From assembly GCF_009914755.1 (NCBI RefSeq), contig NC_060945.1: a DNA stretch of 64,000 nt; one strand, given 5' to 3'. Shown piece after piece: positions 29,863 through 46,204 of the stretch. The translations under genes and the position numbers were made by a program. Position 1 is the first letter of the stretch. Every line of letters begins with the position of its first letter. Under the pieces are notes generated by a model, which did no database searches, was not told the DNA's origin, and saw only the letters and a list, made by a program, of their open reading frames with translations. The DNA is from the human T2T-CHM13v2.0 reference genome, Homo sapiens.

Positions 29863-30051
29863 TTAATAGAGGTCTAGTGTCCAATATCTTCTGTCATCAA
29901 GTGGCCAGAAGCCGGCATAGCCATATCCAAAGTCCCCACCCCCTGGTGAACAGGTGCTAACACATCCACAGCCAACACCATCTCAGGGGAGAACCACAAC
30001 TGCCCTAGTAGGAGCCAGGGGAGATGTATCATTGAAGAGGCCAAAGGACTT
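29863..30051 (-). pseudogene. KRTAP8-2P: KRTAP8-family pseudogene (probably the annotated KRTAP8-2P)
   Basis: Reconstruction (K)SFGLFND/ISPGSY*GSCGSPLR/GVGCGCVSTCSPGGGDFGYGYAGFWPLDDRRYWTLDLY* is colinear with the 63 codons of KRTAP8-1. Lesions: ATG>AAG, TGG>TAG (30005-30007), and 1-nt and 2-nt deletions. The symbol comes from recalled gene order. Confidence 0.85.
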
Positions 30052-30435
30052 CTTGTTAGTTGGGTGTTTAGTACAAAGACTACTAAGAATGACTTACTCC
30101 ATCTGCCCGAAGTCTTTCATACACCCCCAGTAAAGGGTGTGGCATCCGCATTGCTCTTAAAATTGTTTGAGGTTGACTGACTGCCTAGTGTCCTTTTAAT
30201 GAGTTTAGTCCCTACAATGAGAAGCTACAGAAATGCTACCAAAGTCTTTGGTAAAAGCAGATTCCCAGTTTATCCATCAAAAATCAGGCTTCTAAACAAC
30301 TAGAAACATTCTTACTATATTGCCTAACATTGCTTGTGAGATTACAGACAATTTGGAGGCACACAAAAGGGATTATTAATACTATCTAAACTATGAGGTT
30401 AAATATATGCAGATTTTTCTCCTAAGAAATTTTGA

Positions 30436-30942
<507 letters not shown>

Positions 30943-31464
30943 CTACACTACTTTCACTAACTTTTTAATTAATTTTCAGTTTCTTCAATGTTCCTCTTTT
31001 GTCATGGAATTATGAACCATGTTTAGGCTCTAACTTTATTAAATAACATTGATGTTAAGGTCTACCAGGTATGGGAAAATAAGTAATAAGAATAGTGGAG
31101 TGTTTCACAGAATCAGCCACATCAGATAAAATGTAAGTGTAGTTTCCTTCAGTAATCAACTCTCAAGAAACATGACTTTGTGGAGGAATCTCTTACTCTT
31201 CCAGTTTCCATCCTATATCTGACTAACTACAGTCCTATAACCAGAAAGAGAAAAGCACATCAGAAATATGCACATTAGCCTTTCAACAGAAACTTAAAGA
31301 ATCTGTGAACACATTCTACATCTTACTTATATTAAACATTAAGCCAACTAATTTTCACTACTTTAACTGTTCCCTAAGATATGATCAATATTATTGGGAA
31401 AAGGCCCAGTGAAATGACACAAATAGGAAAAAAAACTCCCAGCATCAAAGTCAAAATTTAATAC

Positions 31465-32991
<1,527 letters not shown>

Positions 32992-34554
32992 ACCCAATAC
33001 TTTAAAATACCCAATTGTTCAGAAAAGTATAGCAGAAGATAACATGGAGCTTGTTGTATATTTTGGAAGAGTTAATGAAAAGACTATATTCAGATTTTCA
33101 TTTAACCCTGTATTGATTATTTATCATACTTAAATTCACTGTAGTACAGGGATTTGAATCATAAAAAGAATCTTATTGTATCTAACATTAGGCTGTATCT
33201 AACACTAGGTAGAAGAGCAAAGTGTTGACCTTAAAAGTGAAAAATTTACTAATGTGGTTTTTTTTTATTTTCTTCAATGAAGTGTATAAGACGTTCAAGA
33301 ATATAACCCAACCTTGCATAGACTTGCTTACATTTCTGGTTTTATCACTTATTAGAGTGTAATTTGGTTACTAGGTAATACAATGGAAGGACCACAGTAG
33401 TAAAATCAGATTTGAACTGTGGTCTGAAATCTACATATTGTTTGTCTAACTTTTGATACTAACACCACATTCTGTGCCTCAACTGCAAAGTTGTACAGAA
33501 GATGTAACCACCCCATCTAATTCCTGAGATTTTCTGAAGCTCTAATAAGAAACAGTGAAATCATAAAATACAATATAAATGCATGTTAAAATCATTGTTT
33601 TCTTTCATCCATCCCAAATCTAACTCATAAAAGTGGTTCATGAAACTATTCCATATTTGTTTGATGGATCAATATGTTTAATAGTCTAAGCAGTGTTTTA
33701 CAGGTATATCACATACCGAATCTCCTAGAAGGAGATTTATGTGTTCGCAAAACACATATCGCTGACTTCACAGGTCTCGATGGGTGAGGAGGAAAGAAGG
33801 CAGCTTGAAAATTTGCTTTCTGAAAATGTTCCCGGTTAATGCTGATCTCAATGCTGATTCAGGCACCACACATTGGAAAACATGGTTCTAGAGATGAGAT
33901 AAAATTAAAGAGAATAGCAAGATATAAAAATATATGTGCATAGTCACATATGTTTTTGTGAATATTCAATTAACTTTTTAATTGAATTTCAAATTAAACA
34001 CGTATGCAATTATACTTCAGTATATACAGTCATTCTGTACTTATTATTTAAGATCCAAGGTAGATTGGTTTGATTTTATTATTGGGCTTTGGATACTAAT
34101 ATATAAATTAAACTTACCTGGACATCATCAATTTCTCCTTTCAGATAACCCAAGGTTAACATCTTTTGGTAATATTTTAAAGTCAGTATTCATTTTACTA
34201 AATTTAAAATATTATTTTTATTATAAAATATAAGTGAAAATACGACCACTGTAAACATATTTACACAAGAAAACATATTCAAACCACATGTCCCATCCTA
34301 TGTTAATTCAGGTAAGTTTTTTTTTTTTAAACAGAAGCATTCTCATATTTCAAAAAAACATCACAAGCCTAAATGAGGAACTCCTGGAAAAGTTCAGACA
34401 CAGGCTGAAGTAACACATCTTGAAGTGAACCTGATCCACTGTAAGCAGAGGCTGGATTTGCTCAAGGAGCACCTTGGAACTCAAAGAAAAGTAGAATCAG
34501 ACTGAAAAAAAAAAAATGCCCCAGAAGTGATAAAGTATTCGATAAGCAGATTAA

Positions 34555-34742
34555 TCAATAAACTCCTGTTGCCGGTCTCTTTTATAGCCAAGTAGCTGGT
34601 GTCCTCTGCAGCTATAACAGGCGGAGGACGGCAGGTAAAAAGGTGCTGCCATCGCCACAGGCATCACTGTGGCCCAGGGAATACCCATAACTTCCCAGCA
34701 GCCATTTTGGTAGAAGTTCTTAGGGAAGAAGTTCTATCACAT
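34555..34742 (-). pseudogene. KRTAP8-3P: KRTAP8-family pseudogene (probably the annotated KRTAP8-3P)
   Basis: M**NFFPKNFYQNGCW/SYGYSLGHSDACGDGSTFLP.../CYSCRGHQLLGYKRDRQQ/Y* aligns to KRTAP8-1 (WGSYGYPLGYSVGCGYGSTYSP...GYRRY...Y*). Stops at codons 2-3 and several frameshifts. The symbol comes from recalled gene order. Confidence 0.8.
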
Positions 34743-36129
34743 TGTCCAAGGAATAAAGGTTTGATCAGGCAGCAAACTCAATAGTTATAGCACATAATAG
34801 GATCCTTTTACCTTCGTGACTCATATAACCTCACCAGAGGCTGTGATGAAGAAATGCACCTCTTTCCTTTTTTAGATCAAGGGAATTAGTATTCTCATTA
34901 ATTTCCTAGATCTCCTTGAAAAAAAAAAAAAAAGAGATCCTCATTATTCTTGAAAGAAGTTTGAGCTGAATTAACTGCCAAAGCTGAAGAAGGATTCTTC
35001 TTTGTGGGTTTTTTTTTTTCCTGTAATGAGAAGTTACTGCAGTGTCTTCAAAGTCTTTGGTTAAAATAGACTCCAAGTTGAATCCTCCAATTATTAGATG
35101 TCTCAAGAACAAAAAATAATGCCAATTGCAATAGCAAACTGTGCTTTTGGTCTGCAGGAATTTACTAAACGTCCTCATGCTTCATAAAGCCCCATACCAG
35201 GATTTGAAGTAGAGATATTAAAGAGTTTGTAGACCTAACAAACCTTTCATATTAGAAACAAAGGCAAAGCAGAAAAGCCTACAGTCAACGTAAGTCTATG
35301 CAGCTAAACGCCGTAGTTAGAAAAGCTTTAGTGGATGCAGTGAGGCAGGAATAATAGTAGTCGTTTGCGTATATATAAAATGTCACAGATGAATTATACT
35401 TTAAGTTCTGATGTTAGGACCAGTGAGAGTGTGGCATAGTACTTATAAGCTACAAAAGCAAAATTTGACAGCTGACGAGGAAGCACTAAGATCTGGGACG
35501 AGCCCTATAGCGTGCCTCTTTTCTACTTCTTTTTTCACTGGCTTTCTATCTCTGGGCTGTGCAACTTTGAAGAGCTTACTCATCCCATCATTCTAAGGCA
35601 AGGCATAAAGTCATTTTTGACATTTATGAAAAAAATGTACTTACAAATACTCTCTATTTGATATCTCTAAAATCTAAGGGACACAGTGAAATGAATGTCA
35701 CTAAGAGAGCTGGGGAAAACAAAATTTCCGCATGATGTTATTGCTTCAGACTCTCAGTGGATCCTGACCTAATGGCATCTATAGCCTATCCTGACATCTT
35801 GGGAAGTCATTTCTGGACTCATAGTCTACACATTCATGGGCTCTCTCTTGGATATCACAAAAAATCCCAGGCAAATAGTGCTGTGTTCATGGTTTAAACA
35901 AATGATTTCCATGGCTCTCATTGCCAAGATTAAAGATCTTAATTTGAAAAACATAGCAGCCTCTTTGTTTCATTCATGATAGTTTTATTGAGGAGATAGT
36001 ATGAGTTCAATGTTGTGCCTTATTTTGGGAACACGACAAAGCAGGTCCCTTTATGGAGTGTGTGTTTTCAGTTCTATAGGATGCCACTGGAGTGGATTCT
36101 GGTTAGCAGAGAGGCAGGTGGCAAGGCTT

Positions 36130-36300
36130 CAGCATCCAACACACCCAGATTAGAAACCCCATTCTGCCATATTCTAGCTTTGAGACTATGAACACGTCAT
36201 TTGAAATTTCTGAATTCCAGTTTCCTCAAGTGTAAAATGGGGATAATAGAACCTGGAATAAAACCAACCTCATGGGGTTGTAAAGAGTAATGATGACCCA
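36130..36300 (+). mobile_element. MIR
   Basis: cagtttcctcaagtgtaaaatggggataata core. Confidence 0.7.
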
Positions 36301-38911
36301 CTGCAGGCCCAGAAATAATATTGGTTATTTTTGCCTTTTCCCTAATTATGTTTGCCTTTGAAATGACTGAAAAATTATACTGGACTACACTTGAAATGAT
36401 GGCCTAAAATCTTAAATAAACCAAATTGAGAAGATAATCTGCATCATAAGAAATTAATAAGATAAAAATATGTGCTTACCAAGCATTTAGCTCAAAATTA
36501 ATTATGCTGTTCTAAAGATGTATACAAAGAGGAGTGAGTTGGTTGGCTGGTTGGTTTTTAAGTATGATTTTCTTGCACATGTGCCATCAGAAATCTGTGG
36601 GTTGAACCTGTGCACTGGGCAAAAGCTATACACTTTGGATGGCTCTGAGAAAGGCCACCATTCGTCTTAAGGAAAATTATGGGAAACCAAAAATCACCCA
36701 TATGCGTATGAAGCATTTTTAGTTTCTGCTTTGCCTACTGTGTCTAAAGTTATTGACAAAAGAGCAAGAAAAGGCTTTTCTGCATGAGAAAAGACCTACA
36801 CTTTGGGTAAAATTTACTAAATACCAGCATCATGTATTTATTCTTCAGTGTTTTATGTTTGCGTCCTTTTCTATCTTTACTGAGAAGAGCTCTGATTTAT
36901 AAGGCATTTGATAATCTTCCTGAGGTATCCACTGTGGTTGAAAGCTTTTGGGGGGGCTCTGGAAAGAAGGGCCAGTATGAATATTTGGGAAAGGTTGACT
37001 TCTTTTGTCAACTGACTTCCTACGACTATGAGATTACCCTGTGCTAGGAAGGCTCCTCTTTTGTTCTGACTTCTCGGTGAGAAACTGCTCTCAAATCCGC
37101 TTGGGAACTGATCCTACTATAACAAGATCTAAGGGAAGAGAATATAATCTTGAAGAAAGATACAGAAGCAGAAGGGAAGACAGTGCAGGAAAAGAAAAAA
37201 CAGGAGGAAGGGCAAATTATTTGGTCATTTCTTATATGCAAGAATAATGTGAATATAGTACAGGACTCCCTGCTTTTATCAGATTCACTACATCTCTGCT
37301 ATCTTCACATTTTTGGATGTCATAATGTTATGGTCAACACCTTTGTTGGATAGTGTCATCAGATACACTGGTCACATGAAGGATGCCACGTGGAGAATGT
37401 TTCTCTGCCAACCTTGCAACAGAGGGCAGATGTCAGATCCCTTCAAAACCGCCTTTAGAGAGTACATGAGGAATGTTAAATAGGGTATCACATAACATGT
37501 TATCTATCCTACTTAGCCATGAAAAATTCTGTAGGACTCTAAACCTCCCCTGTGAATCAAATGGGCAAATACAAATTAACATATATATATATTCAGTTAC
37601 CACTGGTGAATTATTACTTCAGAGTAGTCAAGGGACTGGGAAGCCTAATGATAAGGAAAGGAGGTTTAATTCGACTTACTGGGGGTCTCTCTAGAAGATT
37701 CTTCTATACATAAGATGCCCTTAATATTCAAATCAAGTTCTCAGTTATATACACTGTATTAAGCAGGGAGATGTTAAAGATATGCAGCCTGGTTTTCAAT
37801 GAGAAGAAACAAGCAATTAATGGTGAAATAGAAAATCAAAACAATACTTCCTGTGTGACTTTGTGAGATAAATCTAAGTCATAAAATGCACAGACATCAA
37901 GCTTCCAGCTCACAAATGGCTATGAATTAAAGAATGGCACTGCACGATGGTAGCAAACAGATGTTTAACATCTTTTTCGTGTTTATTGAGGAAAGTGGTC
38001 TGATAATCTTGTCATACATATTGAGTTTCTACTATGTACAGAGCACTAAACTGGGCTCAGATCAATACCAAAGTTGATAAAGCAATTAGAAACAAATACC
38101 TAACTACACTCTATACAGACTACCATTAAGCCTAAATGTAGCAGTAAGTGTTCATTCCAGGCTTTTCTTAAATTGACCTGTAACATATTACTTACTGTTT
38201 TCATTTTTTATGAATTCTATATAAATATGGAGGAATTATCTTGGTTTTTAAATTCAAAATAAAAGGAGAGAACTAAAAAAGACAGAAAAGAACAGCCATG
38301 AAACCAGACCCTGTAATTGTTTTAAATTGATGGCATAAAACCAAATTACTTACAGGGATTTTTTTAAATACAAATCCCCAGACCCCATAGATCTTCCCAT
38401 CAGAATGTGCATGGGTGGGATCTTGGTATACGCATTTAAAAAGACTGAATTTCAGTTTTTAAAAATAATCATTAAATAATATTAAGTAATGTAGGCACAC
38501 TAGGAATTTGTACACTTCTATGCAATAGGAGAAAGTGAATTTATAAAATCCTTACATAACATACTTTTTCCTTTTAGCAGGTCATGGCATCTGAGCCTTC
38601 AGCACCAGACTACTGGATATCTACCTAATAGATCCTTTCTCTGTCTAAAAATAGTAGACATTGTTACAGCCAACGCAATCTTCAGTTTGGAACTTTCTAG
38701 CAACCACACATTAACTCAAGTTGAAAAGTGCTAAACACAGATGTTGTACCTCCTGTACTCCTTTGGGGATGTAAAGTATCTTCTCTCCTCTGTCCTTGTC
38801 TTGTTGAGATGTGCTAGACACTTTTTGAGTAAAAGACTTTCCTTTATCAAGACTCAGTGTCATAAATAAATGGTGTGGGTGGGTGGGTAGTGTACATCTG
38901 TAATGACCTGA

Positions 38912-39120
38912 AACAGTGCTTCTTAGAGTGTGGGTCTCAGACCACCTGTACTAGAAGTCATCAGGAGCATCTTAAAAGTTTAGATTTCTAGACCTGACCC
39001 CAGATGTACTGAGTCAGAATCCCTAGGGGCAAGGCATAAGAATCTAAATTTTTAAGTCAGCTACTCAGGTAATTCTCCTGCATACTGAAATTTCCAAAAC
39101 ACTAGAGGAGTTGCTCTCTG
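38912..39120. mobile_element. MER5A-like
   Basis: cagtgcttcttagagtgtgggtc...actgagtcagaatc...aggtaattct. Confidence 0.65.
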
Positions 39121-40333
39121 AGGTCCCTTCAAGCCCAGATTTTTATATAAGTCAGTCATCTTTACAGAACAGACTGATAACCTTCTAGTTTCGATCTGAT
39201 GCTCTAATTTCTGAAAAATCCCACTTTTCTTTTTCTGTTCTATTTTAACCTGCATGTTTAATTAATTCACAATTCTCAGCATGAATTAACATATGGCTAC
39301 TAGAAAGTTGCAAACTGGAGATTTTGTTGGCTGTAACCTTGTCTACTATCGCTAAAAAGGAAAACAATCAATTATTGCCCGATTTTTTAAAAAAGATATA
39401 CATTAGATAAAGTATGGTGGAGAAAATACTCTCTTCTGAAATGACCTCGCCAAATAGTCTTTATGTTTTTAACTACGAAGTGAACCATATGCAATATAAT
39501 CACTTGCACATATTCAATAAAAAAGCAGGGTTAAGCCAAATTTTGTTACCACCAAGAATATTTGTACTATACGTAAGATGTTTTCAATAGAAGGATTGAG
39601 ACTTTTTTTATCTGGCTTATAAAAGGAAATTGCTCCCTTCCCTAAAGGAACACAGAGAAAAGCTGATACATCTTCAGAAATATTCATTACAGCTCATATC
39701 TTTTAAGTGAAACTCGCTATCTGGTGTTGATTCTATAAAGATTAAGAAACTTGTCATGGTTGTGAATAACCCAGGTGCTTCTAAGCTACAAAATAGACAC
39801 CTTAGATGGTTTGATATAGGGGATTTATCCCTTCACCTTAAAAACTCTCAGATTTCCAAAGGATGTCTGTGGCTTCTCTATTACTCAATGCTCCAGCATC
39901 CTTCATTAGGGGGCATGGCACTTTAGTCTATAATCCTTAGTCCCTGGGAAAGGGAACACAGTGGATTTCATTTGGACTAACATGGAAGTGACTGAAAAAG
40001 TTCCTCCTGTGTTGGGTTTTCTTGCGGAGGAGCAGAAGTAGTGAGATGAGAAGGGGACCCCGAGCAATAAATGGTGCTCCATTGGGTTGGAGGTGGGCAT
40101 CATAAAATTTAAAGAAGGTTCAAACAGGCAACCTTTTAAGTCATTACCTGCAACCCACCCTCTTACCTGCTTATCACACAGGATCAGTAATTCTTTGCTT
40201 TCTCGCTGTTCCTAATGCCCACATGAGAAAAATAAATTCACTTCCCCCCCACCCCCCATGTAACAGAAAATATGCACACACCAAGAAAGGAAACTTCGCT
40301 CTAGCATGAGAATATTATACCAGCTGAGACAAA

Positions 40334-40339
40334 TTTATT
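40334..40339 (-). terminator. KRTAP8-1 polyadenylation signal AATAAA
   Basis: Plus-strand tttatt about 310 nt downstream of the stop codon. Confidence 0.75.
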
Positions 40340-40649
40340 GAGATTTTGATAGACATATCCATGACTTCATCACAAGTCATGAGTGTCATGAAAAATTCAA
40401 AAGTAGCGCATGACAAGTGGGAGGTCAAATTTCCGAAAATGTCCCAGAGAACATCAGCCAGGGGAGGCAGCTTGAGGAAGCGTCTGCTTTTTCATTTTCC
40501 TCCCCTGGGACTCGAGGTAAGTTGGAAAGCAGTGTCTCTGAGGTTGATGAGCAAATGAGGACTGAAGGAGTGGATACGGGGGGAACCTGGAGATGTGGGG
40601 CTCAGCCTTCAAGGGAGAGAAGATGCTACACCTCGGGGATTTCAGCCAA

Positions 40650-40841
40650 TCAGTAGAGAGCAAATGGCGAGTATCTCCTGTAGCCGAAAGCCCCACAGCC
40701 GTTGTAGCCATAGCCGAAGCCATAGCCCACTGGAGAGTAGGTGCTGCCATAGCCACAGCCAACGCTATATCCCAGCGGGTAGCCATAGCTGCCCCAGTAG
40801 CATCCTGGGAAGACAGCCCCGGGGAAGTTGTCGCAGAGCAT
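40650..40841 (-). CDS. KRTAP8-1: Keratin-associated protein 8-1 (HGT-KAP, 63 aa, single exon)
   Basis: ATG at 40841 in GACACCATG context. Translation MLCDNFPGAVFPGCYWGSYGYPLGYSVGCGYGSTYSPVGYGFGYGYNGCGAFGYRRYSPFALY* matches the recalled human KAP8.1. The ORF-track start at 40871 is a non-ATG upstream extension. Confidence 0.97.
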   Translation of the reverse strand: MLCDNFPGAVFPGCYWGSYGYPLGYSVGCGYGSTYSPVGYGFGYGYNGCGAFGYRRYSPFALY

Positions 40842-40917
40842 GGTGTCGGGAGTGGAGGGCTTAGGTAGCAACAGAGTGCGTTTCCTCAGTGGGATGGATT
40901 CCTAGTCTCAGAACCTT

Positions 40918-40945
40918 CTTTATATATCCCAGCTCTGGTGGGTGG
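40918..40945 (-). promoter_or_regulatory. KRTAP8-1 core promoter: TATA box TATATAAAG plus CCACCCACC (CACCC box)
   Basis: TATA at 40918-40926, about 80 nt upstream of the ATG. Plus-strand GGTGGGTGG at 40937-40945. Confidence 0.8.
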
Positions 40946-42234
40946 TGAAAAACACAAAGCCCTCATTTTCATTCTTGACACCAATTTACATTCTAAAAAG
41001 CTCATTAACTTGTTTTGCTCTTGCTTATGATGTCTTTACAGTGGCTTAAGAAAGCTCTCGTGTGATGCAATACAGGGAGAAGATGCCTTTAAACAAATTA
41101 TTTCCCTTCCTAAAAAAAAAAAAAATTATTGCCAGGACTTCAAAGCACTCTGTCTTATAGACCCTATATAACTCTGTAAGCAGGTATATAATATCAAGAA
41201 ATATTCTGAGGTTGTTAGCTGTTATGCAGTCCTCTTGCTCTCTGAATTTCCACAACACACAGTTGAAATTCAATAAATATGTGTTAAATACATTAATATA
41301 TAAAATAACAAATGGATAGTGAGTCTATCTCAAAATTCTCAAAATTAAAGTATGTCTTAGTATTCACCTGCTTCAAGGATTCTCTTTTTTGGAATATGAA
41401 AGACAAGTGCAATGGAACTCATGAGAAAGAGTCTTTTTTTTTTCCTCTACTACAGCTACCGTGTTTGGGAAACTGGTTAAAAGTGTAATCTTAATCATAG
41501 TCCCCTCCTAAACTATACCTAACATCACATTTCTAGAAGACTACTTGAATTAATAGTATTGAGATTTTAAAATGGAGTATTTGGATTAATCCTTGTACTG
41601 AATTGTCAAACAAATTTAATTTTTTGGCCTGAAACATATTTCAAACTAAACATTGAAACTAATAAGGTAAACACAGAAAAATGAATTAAAAAATTTATTG
41701 TAAGATTTAAAATTTTTTTTCTCTTAGATCTAATGAAACTAGATTGTCTGACAAATGTGATGATATTATAAAGGGCCAGATGACAACATGAAATCAGTTA
41801 TTTCACTTTTACAATGATCATGCACCCCAGGATAAAGAAGGAATGTTATTCCTTTCTAAACAGAGAGTCAGTTCTCAAGCATGAGTTAAAGGAGGGATAA
41901 GGCTGATCAAAACTATCTTGGATCATGTAAGACCTGATATATTATTCTCAGACACCTGCATTAAGATTTCTTACAGTGGCACTTAGTAGAGAACTTACAG
42001 AACAAATACCAAAGAGGGCATATGGAACAGAAATAGGCACAGAGATAATAGGAATCATTCTAGAAGGCCACAAAACAGATATGTATTACACATGAGCTCT
42101 CCCAGATTTTACTTCATAACCCAGAGGTAACTTTGCTCCCTGCTATCAGCAGCTAGGAATCAAAGGCTGAATCCAAGAACAAGATGAGACACTTGGAAAA
42201 TTCAAAACCATGCCAGTGTTCTAGCCAGCAGTAG

Positions 42235-42588
<354 letters not shown>

Positions 42589-43454
42589 TAGTTTTTGTGA
42601 GTGCATGGTAGGTTTATATATTTATAGAGTACATAAGATGTTTTGATACAGATATGCAATGCGTAATAATCACATTCTGGAGAATGAAAACACCTACAGT
42701 ACCCTGCTTCGTGAGCAAACCTGGATGGCTGCCTATGGGGATTCAGCAATTAAAATTCAAACACGATATGTGGCTTATAGCTAAACAAGTTCAGGGAATT
42801 GAAATTAGATTTATTCCCAAAACATAAAGGTATTCAACCACAGATCATTCCCTAAAAATCATAGAATGATTTACATACTATTTCTACTGGCATCACATTG
42901 CTGTGTTTCATGATAGAAAAGCTGGTAATGTTAGGGAAAAAAGAAAAATTAGACAAAAAATAGCATTGTATAATGGATAATTTAAAATTTTTGAATTAAT
43001 ATTGCCAAAGGTCAATTATGTTGCTCTATTTAAAAGAATTCTCCCATTCGCCTACCCAATCTGACAAGATGCTAGCTTTGCCTTCTGCAGCACAAAACCT
43101 AGCTCTGAACATGAATAGTAATTAAAATATGTTGTCTTTTTTAAAACTTAAGCCCTATTTACAGAGAATGGCTTGGATTTTCTCTAGAAAGTCTACAGAA
43201 AATTCTAACAGAAGAAAATTTTAGGGAAACATATCATTTATCAACAAGTCATTTAAAAATTAATAGCGAAGTTAATCCTATATTGAGCCTATGAAAGCTT
43301 TATTCTGATAATAGGCTTATCAAAGAAAGAGCAAGGTTTTCATAAAGCCTGAAAGTATACAATGCTGAAAGCCCTTTTTCTTAAAAAGTATACAATGTAA
43401 CAAATATAAAATTAAGTACAAAAGTATTTGTTGAGATGCTCAAAAAATCACAAA

Positions 43455-43898
43455 AAAATTAAACTCCTAAATATATAAAGCAAATATTAATAGACCTGAA
43501 AAAAGAAATAGATAGAAATATAATTATAGTACAGAGCTTCAATACCCCATTTTCAACAATGAATGGGTAATCCAAAAAGAAAACCAATAATGACACATTG
43601 TACTTGAACTTAGACCAAATGGACCTAACAGACGTGTACAGATAGTCCATCCAACAGCAACAGAATACACATTCTTCTCAAGCACACACAGAACATTCTC
43701 CAGTGTATATCACATGTTAGGCCACAAAATAAGTCTTAACAAATGTAAGAAGAATGAAATCATATCAAGCATCTTTTTCAACTATAATTGTATGAAACTA
43801 GAAATCAATAACAGGAGGAAAACTGGAAAATTCACAAATATGAGGAACTTAAACATTTCCTGAACAGCCAGTGGGTCAAATGAGGAATGAAAAATATC

Positions 43899-43947
<49 letters not shown>

Positions 43948-44958
43948 CAGAAAAAAAAACCAAAATTTTGGAATGCAGCAAAAATTCTAAGACAGAAGTT
44001 TATAGCAATAAACTCTACATTAAGAAAAATTAGAATTTCAACTAAACAACATAATTTTATATTTGAAGGAACTAGAAGAAAAAGAACAAACTAAGTCCAA
44101 AGTTACCAAGAAAAAAGGAATAAAGATCAAAGCAGAAATAACTGAAATATAATCTGAAAAACAGAAAAGAGCAACAAAACTAAGAGTTGGTTTTTTAAAA
44201 GATAAACAAAATTGACAAACCTTTAGCTAGACTAATAAAACAAGGGAAAAGACAAATAAAATCAGAAATAAAAGAAGAGATATTATAACATACTCCAAAA
44301 ATATAAAAGATCATAAGAGACTACTGTGAACAATTATATGCCAAAATAATTCAATAACCTCCAATAAATGGACAAATTCCTAGAAACGTGCCACCTACCA
44401 AGAATACATCATGAATAGGAAATCTTAACAGACCAATAACAAATAATGAGATTGAATCAGTAATAAAATATCTTCCAACAAAGAAAAATCCAGAGCCAGA
44501 TTGCTTCACCATTGAATTCTATAAAACATTTAAGAAGAGCTAATACTAATCTTTCTCAAAGTCCTTCAAGCAATTAAAGAGGAAGAAACACTTTCAAACT
44601 CATTTTATGAGGCCAGCATTACTCTAATACCAGTCAGACAAGGACACTATGAGAAAATAAAATGATAGGACAATATCCCTAATGACCATAGATGCAAAAA
44701 ATACTAGCAAACCAAATTTAAAAGCACATTAAAAAGATCATACACATGATCAAGTAGATTTACCTCTGATAAGCAAGAGTGGTTCAGCATACAAAAATTA
44801 ATCAGTGCAATATACTTTACACATGAATAGGATGAAGGATAAAAATTATTTGTTCATCTCAATCGATGCAGAGAAAGAATTTGACAAAATTCAACAATCC
44901 TTCATGATAAAAATTCTCAACAAATTAGGTATAGAAGGCATGTACCTCAACATAACAA
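43455..44958 (+). mobile_element. Old L1 ORF2 internal fragment (endonuclease end to RT start)
   Basis: acagaatacacattcttctcaagc and cattttatgaggccagcatt; interrupted by (CA)n. Confidence 0.88.
43901..43946 (+). repeat. (CA)n microsatellite
   Basis: Pure CA run. Confidence 0.95.
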
Positions 44959-45114
44959 ATGAATAAATCAGTAACAGTCTTAGAAATAAAACAAGAAAAA
45001 AAAGTGTTTCAATTGCTCCTATTGTTTTTAGGATAATATTTTTTAATCTTTAAACTGACCTAAAAGTTCTCAACTCTCTCTTCGTTAAGTTTTGCTGTCT
45101 TTTAGTTCTTCAAA

Positions 45115-45502
45115 CTTCGCATGCTCCTCTCACTCTTAAGCTTTGACACATGCCGTTTGTTCTGTGAGGAATTCTCTTCCTTCCTCTCCTTCTGATCAAC
45201 TCCCATGCAACCTTCACATGCCAGCTCAATCACTTCCTTTGGGAGGCCTTTCTGCCATTCCTGATTAGCTGGAGCCCATCTGTAGCATAACAGTAGGCCA
45301 ACCTCTTCCTCGTATCTGTAGGACTTAATCGTAGTTCCTATATAACCTTCACTTGTGTGATGGGTATCTGTCTGCCTCATTAACATGCTTATTTCCAGGA
45401 GAGCAAGATAGTATTTTTAATCAGCCTTGATTCCTCACTGCCTCACTCACTACTGGGCGTAATATAGGTTTTCCATAAGTTTCAGTTGAATGAATTAATG
45501 AA
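45115..45502 (+). mobile_element. L2 3' end
   Basis: Ends gttgaatgaattaatgaa. Confidence 0.65.
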
Positions 45503-45869
45503 AGAATATTCTAAACCTAACTTGGCTACTCACTTGCTGTGAGGATTGAGGCAAATCATTTTTCCGGGCCTCGCGTGACCCGACTGAAAAATGGGACAAG
45601 TTGACTTCCTGGGACTTGCCACCCTAAACATTGTATGATTCTCCCATCAAAAATCACTGATGAGTCAATATGACAATTCAACACTCTCTCATTGGAATTT
45701 GGTCAATTAGGCATGCGACTATGGAGAGTGCTTTTTCTCATCTTATTACACATTCCTACTAAGACAAACTAATGAGCTTCCAGCTGCCATCACTTTGAAA
45801 AACAAAATGCAGTGACAGGAATCACAGAAATATTGAAACCTTCACAAGAATATCATAAGAGTTTTAAAA

Positions 45870-46045
45870 GTTTAATCTGTGCAAGAATCTCCCAGGATAC
45901 TTGTTTTAGACAAATATTTCTGAGCTCCATTCCTTTAGATTCTGATTCCGTGGGTCTCATGTGGGGCCAAGGAATCTGCATTTTTAATAAGCAGACGAGG
46001 TGATTCCAATAAAGGCGGTGCTTTGGTCAAACTTTGAGAAATGTG
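45870..46045. mobile_element. MER5A-like
   Basis: gattctgattccgtgggtc...ggggccaaggaatctgcatttttaa...aggtgattc. Confidence 0.7.
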
Positions 46046-46204
46046 CAGTGCTCTTTAATAAGGTACCTGAAAAGGTGTCCTCTTTAGCAAAATATACAAC
46101 ATAAAATGGGATGAATGTGGAACGGTGAAGGAGAAAACAGAGACACTCTTTCAGCCAGGTTTAATGGCTAAGACTAGAGCTGATGTGACATCATTATGGG
46201 CAAC

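Noticed and set aside
37415-37430. Second CTCF-like motif gcaacagagggcag
   Set aside because: Two core mismatches; expected by chance in 64 kb.
40454-40868. Overlapping alternative-frame and antisense ORFs at KRTAP8-1 (110, 91 and 89 aa)
   Set aside because: By-products of GGC/TAT/TAC codon repetition, with no independent promoter evidence.
40842-40871. 10-aa N-terminal extension of KRTAP8-1 in the ORF track
   Set aside because: Starts at TTG within the 5'UTR; the Kozak ATG is at 40841.
40946-41045. Possible HOXC13 or LEF1 sites in KAP promoters
   Set aside because: Only short degenerate AT-rich matches; not supportable from sequence alone.
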